Shown here piece by piece: positions 25,542 to 38,300 of a stretch of 64,000 nucleotides of DNA. The position numbers and the translations under genes are program-made. The notes under the pieces were generated by a model. That model was not told the origin of the DNA. It did not search any database and saw nothing but the letters and a program-made list of their open reading frames with translations. The stretch comes from Tricharina praecox (taxonomy: Eukaryota), in contig NW_026250433.1 of NCBI RefSeq assembly GCF_024521635.1, forward strand, positions 186,001 to 250,000, in the 5' to 3' direction. Positions within the stretch are counted from its first letter, which is position 1, and each line of letters begins with the position of its first letter.

Positions 25542-27964
25542 GTGGAGCGAGCGAAAACTTAGCGATCATGAAATCTCGAACAAGTTGATGTGAGCTGCTA
25601 GACGACATGAAGCTCAAAGGAAGGGGGTTTTCCTGTATGAACATACGGATAGATAATTCAAGTTGAGCTCGTAGCTCAATCCTACAGATATGCGAGTGAT
25701 CGAAAGCGTAAAAGCAGCGGACAATGGGGCCATGATCGCCGCCACCAACGATCGGAGAATACCAGTACTAGCAGTGACAGGCGGTGCTCGAGATGTAAAG
25801 AATCTACAGCTGCAGAGAAAGGGCATATTCGCCATCGCGGAGTTCATCCCTACATACACATAGGACATTTGCTATGATTCGCTACGATTCGCTTCCATTG
25901 GGCTCGCGTTCCGCAACCGGCCCCTGCCATCACCAAACGAACAAACAAACTGCAAGCGAACATCTTCCTTGATCTCCTCAGAGTGGTAATCACAACACTC
26001 TACACCCACATATGATACATATATGCAAGCAGGTAGGTGCGCTGCCGTCTCAGCCCACGAAGTTTCCGCTCGAGTTTGGTCATCGAAATAGTTACATACA
26101 TGCAGGTAAATCGCGGCAAATCGTTGCGAGGCACCTAGGTGCTAAGGGAGCGCGGGGGTCGAAGCGCCTCTGTGTTGCGGGGAGCGGGGAGCGCGGCATG
26201 AAGCGACCTGTGTGTTATGGCGGGTAGACCCGATGCGGTCGTTGAATGTTCAAATGTTTTCTGTTGCTGCTTTTCTAGGTATTCGGCTTGTTGGTCGGTC
26301 TCTTGTTCAACACATCAGACATTATCAACACCACAGATATCTAGGTTCGGCGTGGTATGTAGTATGTACCGGTATCTGCAAACAAAAACGGATGAAGTAC
26401 CATGACAAAAAGGATTGGACAAAGCCCGTTTTACATCAAAAATGCCCATTTTCAGGCAACCCAAACATATCCTCCATCTGGTCGAAAAAAATCGACTCCT
26501 TCACAGAAGCGTCAGAATCACAAGCTTCTTCATCAATAAAAACTTTGACGACTTTCATCACGGATTGGGGCTGAAAAGTGACATTACATTTTGTATGGGG
26601 CTTCCACTTGGCAACCATTAGCTTTTGCCCCGTTTGGTATTGCTCCACAACAACTCAGAACTCCGTGAGGAGTTCCTATATCGTTGTCGGTTTAGCTATA
26701 GAGGTCTCTGTGTACAAATGTTCATGCCTAGGCCTGTTTTTCTTGTTCTTTGCTTTTTCAATTGAATCACGTTCTTCTTTTCTCGTACCCGTCGGGGGCC
26801 TCTCAGCACTTACTTACACACATCCTATGCATCCAGGACGCCAACGTCGACGTTCCAAAGCTATGAACCATGGCACCAATTATGCGGCAGTGTAGCTTCA
26901 ATGCAAACCGTCAGTTGCCCCGTGACTTCTCACGAACAACCACTTACCTACATCTTAGGTACATTAGGTACTCAGAAGGCTAAAAAGTCATCGAGCCCAT
27001 ATGATTTGATGAGTGATCTCGATGTGTACAATTATACCCACGACAAAATCATATTTCAGCCCATATATAGAGTCATAGAATCTCTAATCTTATTATCTAT
27101 GTCTAGTCACGTGGGTCCAAAGACTTTCGGCCTTCCGAGTAACAACTCTACTCTTCATAGAAGAGTAGTGCGCCAAGATGGCGGACCGCACGAGACCGCT
27201 GTCCCTCGCCTCCACGTTTGCAGGACTTTGAATTCACGCGAGAGCTGAGAGTTGCATTTGGGTAGATACCGATAGCTACCTGCAGGCGATACATAACTGG
27301 CATGTCTCGTCTCGCCTCTCTTTTGCTGCCAACGCTTGCGGATGGCTGGTAGTTAGCGGCTGCCCCCAACGGTACCGGATAACCGAACGGCGACTGCCTG
27401 AACATCTCCATTTGACGAGCTGAAAGTTCAAAGGAGCTCTAGACGGGGCCGGAATGTCAGGCGACTCGCTCATGGAAGGAAAGCCCCTGGGCGCGCGCGG
27501 GCCTTGCCACGATCGAGCGGAGGGAAAAGAAAACGACGGAGAGTGATCCTTCCTTCCTTGTCTGTTATCGTCATTTGGCCCCCCTGCATGGCGGGTACCG
27601 ACGCTTACACTCGGCGGAAGACGACGAGGTGGCGTACTGTCAGATCTTTGTTTCCGTTCCCTTGGTAGAGGAAGTACGTACGTGCTCGGATTGATAACAA
27701 CGTCAACATCGGCCTTGCAGTACATACGGGTTCAGATATCGGCTGAAACATTCCATCGCCGACCCTCATATACGACTCTTCAGCGCTATATGGAGTACGG
27801 ATTGGGAAGTGGGGAGGCGCGGGAGTGGTAGGTACTGTCTTGGGGGAGCTTGATAACTATCGAGGTCGCCTGGATTGTACCGGTCTGGTTAGAAGGGTCC
27901 ACCGGCTCGGAAGTCGGAAGTCGGAAGTCTCAATTCAAAGCTAGGAAGCTGAATGTACTTTCTT

Positions 27965-28040
27965 TATATAAAAGTCACTGCCCCGTCGCAATGGCCGAGT
28001 GATTCATAAACATTGCCTCTGCACCTCTGCCTCTGACTCA
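27965..28040 (+). promoter_or_regulatory. TATA box (TATATAAAA) and a Gcn4/CpcA-type TGACTCA element upstream of the BCAT start codon
   Basis: TATATAAAA at 27965-27973, TGACTCA at 28034-28040, ATG at 28085. Confidence 0.5.
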
Positions 28041-28084
28041 CCATCATAACTCAATTCCTCCCCGTGGGCATACCTCATACCTCA

Positions 28085-29513
28085 ATGGCGCCTCCACCAG
28101 CAACAATTGTGGATCTGAACTCCACCGCCGTCAACGAGGTCCTCTGCAAGTCCAATGTCACCGCCTCCGCCGTTCCAGCAAGGCCCGTCACCGATGACCC
28201 AGTCCTGGCCGAGCTCGACGCCTCCAAGCTGAAGACTACCTTCACCAACTCGCCCAAGCCTTACTCCCGGCCGGAGTCCACACAATGGGGGAAGTCCGAC
28301 GCAACCACCGATCACTGGGTGACCGTCAGGTGGACCGATACCGTGGGCTGGCACGCACCAGAACTGCGTCCATACACTCGTATGGATCTCTGGCCCACCG
28401 CGTCGTGCCTGCACTATGCCACCGAGTGCTTCGAGGGATTGAAGGCATACCGCGGTTACGACGGCAAGATCCGCCTGTTCCGTCCGGCCAGGAATGCTTC
28501 CCGCTTCTTGCTCTCTTCGACCCGCATTGCGTGCCCGGATTTCCCCCCCCACGCTGTCGAAGAACTAATCAAGGCGCTGGTTTCCGTGGACGCGGATAAG
28601 TGGCTGCCGGAGCCCGGAACCTTCCTCTACATTCGACCCACTATGATCGGAACCGGCCGCGCCCTTGGTGGTAAGTTGTTCCTTGATGGGTCCCTAAATA
28701 TATTAGTTATAACTAACGGGATCTGCGTTCTTAGTGCAGAAGCCCCGCGAGGCGCTCCTCTACATCGTCATGGCGCTCTTCCCCAAGCTGGACGGTCCCA
28801 TGAAGCTCCTAGCTAGCTCGGAAGACAGCATCCGCGCGTGGCCCGGAGGATTCGGCTACGCCAAGGTGGGCGCAAACTACGGCCCCTCGCTGATGGCGCA
28901 GAAGGAGGCGCAAAGTCGGGGGTTCAACCAGATTCTCTGGCTTTTCGGACCGGACGCATCCGTCACCGAGGCTGGCGCCTCGAATTTCTTCTGCGTCATC
29001 CGCAACAGGGAGACCACGAAGCTGGAGCTCATCACCGCGCCGCTGGATGACAAGATCATCCTCGACGGGATCACGAGACGTTCGGTGCTGGAGCTCGCCC
29101 AGGAGCGGCTGTCGGAAGAGCTCGTGGTAGTGACAAAAAAGTACACTATGGCGGATCTGGCGTTGGCGCACGACGAGGGTCGTTTGATCGAGGCGTTCGC
29201 TGCGGGCACGGCATTCTTTGTAGCGCCGGTGACGCAGATTCACTTCCGGGGCAAGGATATTGCGCCCAGTAAACTCGGCGGTGAAGGTACCTACACCAAC
29301 AAGATCAAACAGTGGCTATCCGACATCATGTTCGGCAGGGCCGCTCACGAATGGGGGGTCGTCGTCGAGGAGAAGGGTTTCGAGAATGAAGTTGTCGATG
29401 AGGTTGAAATCGAAGAGATGATCAGGAAAATCAAGGAGCTCAAGCAGGGCAAGGCCTGGGAAGCTGCTTACGAGCGGGTCCGGAGCGAAGAGCTCGGAGA
29501 GGATACCGATTAA
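28085..29513 (+). CDS. Branched-chain amino acid aminotransferase (class IV PLP enzyme, BAT1/BAT2 family), 454 aa; intron 28671-28734
   Basis: LHYATECFEGLKAYR, LYIRPT, PLP-lysine motif GFGYAKVGANYG, EAGASNFF, ILDGITR, AGTA; GTAAGT...ACTAAC...TAG intron. Confidence 0.95.
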
Positions 29514-29883
29514 AAATGAAAGTCCGTAGATGGTAGAAGTGTTTCCGGAGAAGATTCCGTACGCACTGCCTAAGTAAGTGGGTACTGGGGCCTTCTCTAT
29601 GGGTGTTTTCTGCTTTAGATGGGAGGTGTTTGGTTTTTGGTTTTGGTCTTTGTTTATTTGTTCATTGCCGCTGTAACTTTGAGATCGGATTCTGCATACC
29701 TACTATAGTTGATTCTACAGTACATAAATCTTAGTTATATGGATCATATGGTTCTTGCAGGCGGAGAATGGCTGCGGAACATGTTTTATACCTTCCAGCT
29801 ATCATACCACTGTTCGGTCCCATACCTCGTACGTTCCTCGGATCCAGAACCGTGGGTTCCATGCTCACGTTTGTGGCGGTTAA

Positions 29884-31158
<1,275 letters not shown>

Positions 31159-32077
31159 GCGGGCATCGCTTGGCCTTATTGATGTTCTGGTTCTGATTTG
31201 CGTTGTGCGGTGTTGTGAAAAGTGAGAAAAGTGCGCAATTACGATGATGATTTGATGGATGGTGCATAAAGGTTCCGCTATCACAAAACAGGGGAGGGAA
31301 TCATACGCTTTGCTTCTTCACAAATTCTGTACTTTTCTGTTTCTGTGTTTAATGAGATCCCACCTTTGTTTTCTGTGATGTAAATCGGAATGGTAGTCTC
31401 ATTAACTTTCGCCTGACAACCACAGCCACAGCCATAGCCATCGTGGGCATCCAGGCCATCGTGACACAGCCGTAATCAATCATTTCCATCCTTCACCGCA
31501 TCTCTCAGCTGGCGACCTCAGTGGTAGAATCATCCAGCGAATCGTAAAGTGGCATGAGCTTGATTAAAGCAGGAAATTCACGGTATCACTGTACTAGCAG
31601 AGCACCGCATCCTATCCAGCAATCAGGTCAATGGCTGTGGATATGTTACACGCATGCACTCGGACTACATCGCCCATCTCCACGAGTGAGGACCCAGATA
31701 AGTATTTGGTATCAATCTCATCTTTGCACCGCTGCTGCAGCAACACGTGCGTCATTCGGGAGGTCAACCGACTAGTGTATTGTATTTCCGTATATGGCTT
31801 GGCGCGCTCAAACCCTAGGGTCGGTAGCGGCGAAGCGCACGCCAGTGAAAAAAGACGCTAGTGCGTGCGGGAGCTCGCGATTCCTGAATGACCTCAATTT
31901 TTTTGCTTCCCTTCCTCTCCTTCTTTTCTTTCTTCCCCATCGCTCCTGTTACTTAGCTTGCTAACCAACACGCCCGATTTTCGACATCGACCTCGAAAGC
32001 AATCTTGACTTCATCTCGAATACAATTTCCCCACTTCCTTCGACCTATCTAGAAGACACTTACAGCTTACTTCACGG

Positions 32078-32311
32078 GTGAGTGCTTCTTGGCTATCTTT
32101 ATCCCAACATTTTTCTTCCTATTCCTAGAGCTCGTCGCGTTCGCAGAACACCTGAGCTACAGCGGCGTCTTCTTAGACGCTGTTGTTTGCGCTGTGTGTC
32201 TGGTTGGTCGGCGGCGAGTTCCGCTCCGCCAACGTGGAGCCGCATCATCTTCCCCATCCTTGTCCACCCATCGGCATCAGCAAGACTGACTTTGATCTTG
32301 ATCGCGTCCAG
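32078..32311 (+). other. Probable 5' UTR intron of the 2035-aa gene
   Basis: GTGAGT donor at 32078, ACTGAC branch near 32285, CAG at 32311, 14 nt before the ATG. Confidence 0.5.
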
Positions 32312-32325
32312 TTAACCTTCACGCA

Positions 32326-35300
32326 ATGGAGCCGTCACGCTTCACACCCTTCGGCAAGAAGACGCCTACGCTCACGCCCGGCATCTCGAACACATCCGTT
32401 GGGAACGAGAACACACCTAACACAAACGACAACATGACGTCGCCTACTACACCTCCTACTTCAAGAATCGCGTCTACTGGCGTCGCGCCAACGACCCCTT
32501 TCACGACGAACACGAACAGCCAGAGGAATCTGAATGGAAGCAGTTCAAAGAAACGGTCGATCAGCCAATTCTTCAGTGACGTACCCAAGACCACCGCATT
32601 CAATTCAAGCGAGATGGCAACACCGAACAGAAGGCCCGGTCCTCCGCCCCGTCGTATCACCAAAGTCGAGAAAACGCCCGGCAGAGTTCGCCCGCAGCCC
32701 CCCAGCCTGAACAAGAGTATGGAATCGAAGGATTCACAAACCGAGCCTGAGGTTCCGGCACGTCGCCCGGTTTTTCCCTTTTCGACCCACCAGAACACGC
32801 TTCGCCAGAACACCTCGTCGAGGTCGTTTCATTACTTCGGGGAGCCGACGCAGATAGTTCCGCCCAGTGAGAGGAAGAACTTGTTTGGACAGAGGCTACC
32901 ACCCCTACCGCCACAAGCACAGTCAGAGCCAGTGCCTCCTACCCCGATGGCTAGTGCATCGTTTCCTACTGGACTCGTGAACCCTCCGAATACCGCGTCT
33001 CAGCTTAGAGATATCAAGAGTTTCTCCGGCGTTAGCGTTGCGCCGTCTACACCTAGCGCGGCCAGGCAATTGCCCCCTCTGTTACCTAAATCTGACTTCG
33101 CTTCTAAGTTGAGGAGCAAGATTGTGACAGCCGGCAAGAAGATACCACGAACGTTTCACAAGATCAACGAGCGTATGGCAGAGCGCGAGGCCACCAGGAA
33201 ACTCGAGATAGCTAAGGCTAAGCAGACGCGTGGAAATCCTCTCGAGAGTGTGGAGAAAGCCCGGACCATGCTGGAAGAAATTAAGGCAGAGAGAGAAGAA
33301 GAGGCTCGCATGGACTACTATCGTGCCAAGCGTTTGAAGGAAGCAGAAGAAGCGGGGGAGGAGACGCGCAACCGGGATCGCTACACGCAGGGCTTAGCGC
33401 CGTCCTCTTTCGTGGAGGAGTCGACTGAGGCAGATGAATCCGATATATCCGAATTTGACACTGGCTCCGAGGACGAGGGGTCTTTGAACGAGCAGCCGGA
33501 GGAAGCGCCGCCGTTTAATTGGGCATCTGCTTCGTACGCCCCAAGCGCCACCCCTGCCAAACAATCGACTTCGTCCAGAGGCCCGAAATCACCTGAAGTC
33601 ATCAACCTTATTAGCGATTCGGAAGATGCTGACGACGAGCCTGCTGAAAAAGCACCCACCATCAAGAAGAAAGTCTCGTTTTCTACGAACTCGGACGAAG
33701 ACGATGATACGACTCAGCGCATGGAGGAGGGTATCTTGCCGCATCGCGACTCGAGTCCAGTGGAGACTTCAGACGACGAAGACGAGGAGCTTGCTGAGAA
33801 AGCACCCACCATCAAGAAGAAAGTCTCGTTTTCTACGAACTCGGACGAAGACGATGATATGACTCAGCGCATGGAAGAGGGTATCTTGCCGCATCGCGAC
33901 TCGAGTCCAATGGAGACTTCGGACGATGACGATGACGAAGAGTCTGCCGAGAAGGCACCCACCAACAAGAAGAAAGTCTCGTTTGCTGAAAACTGGGACC
34001 AAAATGATGATACGACTCTGAGCATGGAGGAGAGTGTGTTTCCGCGTCGCGACTCGAGTCCGGTGGAGCTTTCGGAAGAGGAAGAATCCGACTCGTCCAG
34101 ACTGGAGGACTCGCACATTGACGAACCCGGCTCTTCTAGAGTGGAGCTCTCCTACAATGCAGAATTCGACTCCTCCAGAGTGGATCTCTCCGACAATGCA
34201 GAACTCGACTCGTCGAGAGTGGAGTCGGACGATGACGAATCGAACGTGTCCAGAGACTCTATTCGCAGTGAATCTTTCGACGTTGAGCCAGAATCCTACA
34301 ATCATGCGTCGGGTTGGCCTGGGTACGGTGATGTTTCGGGTTCGCCTGTGTATGATGTTTCGGGTTACAGCGATGACTCGGAAGACAACGAAACTTTACG
34401 GGAGGCGGAGGTATACTTGCCTAGTATGGGATCGGATAGTTCTCTCGCGTTCAATATGACGGAAGACGTTTCGGAAGACTTTTCGCAAGAAGAGGATGAA
34501 GAAGAATCACATTATGATGAAGTCGAATCGTCCAATGAAGAGTCTCACAACGCGGATACAAGACAAATGCTTCCTCGGGAGTTTCTTTCGTATTCGGATG
34601 AGGAGGATCTGGAGGAACCACCTGTCGCATCGTCAACGCCGTTGCGTAAGGCGGTCCTTGAGAAGGAATCTGCCACCGTTGTGGAAGCATCCGTCACCGC
34701 TACAGAGGTAGAACCCGAGGAAGGAGACGCGACAAGGAGATTGGATCAGGACAACTCTGTCGGCCACTTCACTGCCCTGGATCTTTCGCTGTTCGGGCCT
34801 GATGGTACACTCGGTGGTGCCAACCAGAATGAGGAAGATGAAGAGTCTGCCAAGGCGGATACAAGACAAATGCTTCCACGGGAGTTTGTCTCTGATTCGG
34901 ATGAGGAGGGCCACAATCAGGAGAAGAGTCCGCAGCAGACGATGCAAACGGAGACTACGATGGACGCTCAGCCATCCGAACAATTAACTGAGGAAGAGCC
35001 CAAAGAGGCAAATGAAGAAGAGTCCACCAGAATGAATAATGACAACACTGCCGGTCACTTCACCGCCCTGGATCTATCGCTGTTTGGGCCTAATGTCACA
35101 TTCGGTGGTTCCAACCAGGAGGAGAGCGACGAAAAGTTTCATAACGAGAATGACGAAGAGGCTCACGAGGAGGATACAAGACAAATGCTTCCACGGGAGT
35201 TTGTCTCTGATTCGGATGAGGAGGGCCACAATCAGGAGAAGAGTCCGCAGCAGACGATGCAAACGGAGACTACGATGGACGCTCAGCCATCCGAACAATC

Positions 35301-38300
35301 AACTGAGGAAGAGCCCAAAGAGGCAAATGAAGAAGAGTCCACCAGAATGAATAAGGACAACACTGTAAGTCACTCCACTGCCCTAGATATTTTGCTGTTC
35401 GGACCTAATGTCACTGGTGCCAACCAGGATGAGAATGACGAAGAGTTTGAAAACGAGAATGACGAAGAGGCTCACGAGGCGGATACAAGACAAATGCTTC
35501 CACGGGAGTTTGTCTCTGATTCGGATGAGGAGGGCCGCAATCAGGAGAAGAGTCCACAGCAGACGATGCGAATGGAGACTACGATGGACGCTCAGCCATC
35601 TACGCAATTAACTGAGGAACAGCCCAAAGCGGCGGTAGAAGACGAGTCGATGAGAATGAATAAGGACAGCTCTCTCCGTCGCTTCATCGCTTCCGTGGAT
35701 CATAGACTGCTAGGACCCCACGTCACATTCGGTGGTGACAACCCGGAGGATCAAAATGAAGCGTCTCACAAGGCGGATACCAGACAAATGCTTCCTCGTG
35801 AGTTTCTTTCGGATTCGGATGAGGGGGATTTGGAGGAACCACCTGTCGCATCGTCTACTCCGTTGCGTAAGGCGGTCCTTGAGAAGGAATCTGCCACTGT
35901 TGTGGAAGCACCAGTCACCGCTATAGAGGTAGAACTCGAGGAACCTCTTCGATTCGACGAGGTAGAGGAAGGAGACCAGACAAGGAGATTGGTTAAGGAC
36001 AGCTCTCTCGGTCGTTTCATCACTGCCCTGGATAATACGCTATTTGGACCCGATGTCACAACCGGTAGTGCCAACCCGGAGGATCAAGATGAAGATTCTC
36101 ACAAGGCGGATACCAGACAAATGCTTCCTCGGGAGTTTCTTTTGGATGAGGATGAGGATCGCAGTCATAAGAAGAGTACACAGCAGACGATGGAAACGGA
36201 GACTACGGTGGACGCTCAGCCTTTCCATGAAAATACCGATGAAGAGTATAATTCCGAAGATGTTCGCACAGGAAGTTACTACGAGGACTTCGGCGACATC
36301 GGCTCCAATTTGTCTGAAGCCGAACAGAAGAGGGAGCAACAGAGATTGGAGGAAGATTTCGAAAAGGAAACGGCGGCAGAGCGGGTATCCTCTTCGGGGA
36401 CGGAGGAGGTGCCACAGCCGAAACAGACTCCGGTAGATGATGAGGAGCTTGTGGACTTTGAGGGCTCAACCATGATGTCGCTTCCGGGGTACAGGTACCA
36501 GGAGCGGTCGAGAGCGCCAAAGGCCCAGACCAGTATGCCAATGCTGGAGGAGGCGGAAGAAGAAGAAGGGGAGCACGATATGAGGGAGCTTTCTGAGTAT
36601 GGAGACGCAGCGACATACGTGGAATCCAATTCCAGCTCAGAATACGAATATGAGCCCGACTCATTCGGAGAAGCTTCTATCGCGGACGATGAGGTCGACG
36701 AAGCCTCCAAGCAGATGTTAATGGAGATGTGCCTGGCGAAGGAGGCTGCTCCCGGCGAACCTCAGGGTCCCACTGCTCCGGAAGCCGATGGAGTGATCGA
36801 AGAGACCGTCAATGCTGTGGACTCTGTGACTACTGTCGAGACCGAGACTTGCGAGATTACCGAGCGCGTCGACGAAGATCCTACTGCTCCGGAAGCCGAT
36901 GGAGTGATCGAAGAGACCGTCAATGCTGTGGACTCTGTGACTACTGTCGAGACCGAGACTTGCGAGATTACCGAGCGCGTCGACGAAGATCCTACTGCTC
37001 CGGAAGCCAATGGAGTGATCGAAGAGACCGTCAATGCTGTGGACTCTGTGGCTACTGTCGAGACCGAGACTTGCGAGATTACCGAGCGCGTCGACGAAGA
37101 TCCTACTGCTCCGGAAGCCAATGGAGTGATCGAAGAGACCGTCAATGCTGTGGACTCTGTGACTACTGTCGAGAACGAGACTTGCGAGATTACCGAGCGC
37201 GTCGACGAAGATCCTACTGCTCCGGAAGCCAATGGAGTGATCGAAGAGACCGTCAATGCTGTGGACTCTGTGACTACTGTCGAGACCGAGACTTGCGAGA
37301 TTACCGAGCGCGTCGACGAAGAAGAGCGCGTCCACGAAGAGGAGCCCGTTAACAAAGAGGAGCCCGTGAACGAAGAGGAGACGGCCAAGGAAGAGGAGTG
37401 CATCAACGAAGAGCATGGCTCCAATGAAGTTGAAACCAACGAGCCTGTCAAGGAGGCAACCGAGGTGGACACCGAGGAGAACGTCAAGGTTGACACTTCC
37501 GAGATTGTCAGCAAGGGGCTCGCCACCCCGGAAACGTCCACCGCCGAGGCGGTGGACACTGACATCTCGGTGAAGGAGGAGCCTTCCGAGGCCACAGGGG
37601 TCGCTAGCGCCCCTGTCTATGAGGGCCGCGTTCTACGGAATCGGTCCATCACTCCCATAACTGGGCCCCCCGTGGCGAAAAAGCGGGGGGCGAAGCGCAA
37701 TGTGCCCCCAGTTGAGGGGGATCATGTGGAGGAAGGGGCCCCTTCCCCGCCAAAGAAGGCCCGCGTTGGCCGCCCTCGCAAGATGGCACCGGCGAAGGTC
37801 GAGCCACCGACCGAGGCCCGCAATCTGCGGCCTCGGTCAACGACCCCGCTTGTGCCAGCGGCGGTTCCGGTGGCTGCGCCTGCCAAGAGGGTGGCCAAGC
37901 GCAAGGCGGCACTAGTGGCTGATGGGCCCGCCGTCGAGCCCCGCAATCTGCGGTCTCGCTCGACGACGCCGTTTGTCCCCGCTGGTGTTCCAGCGGCTGC
38001 GCCTGCCAAGAGGGCAGGCAAGCGCAAGGCTGCCGCGATGGACGGTGAGCAGCCCGTGGCCGAGCCCCGCAATCTGCGGTCTCGGTCCACGACACCGTTC
38101 GTCGCGGCTGGTGTTGCGGTTGCCGCCCCGGCCAAGACGCCCACCAAGCGCAAGGCTCCGGCCAAGCGTACAACCAAGGCCTCCTCGGTGGCGGAAGCCG
38201 AGGAGGCCGCGGTTGAGGGGGGTGAGGAGGAGGAGAAGCCCCTCCCGATGGCCAAGGGGCGGCCGCGCAAGGCTCCGGCCAAGCGCGCGCTCAAGGCCTC

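Noticed and set aside
31509..31580. tRNA D-arm-like CTCAGTGGTAGAAT
   Set aside because: No downstream cloverleaf or B box
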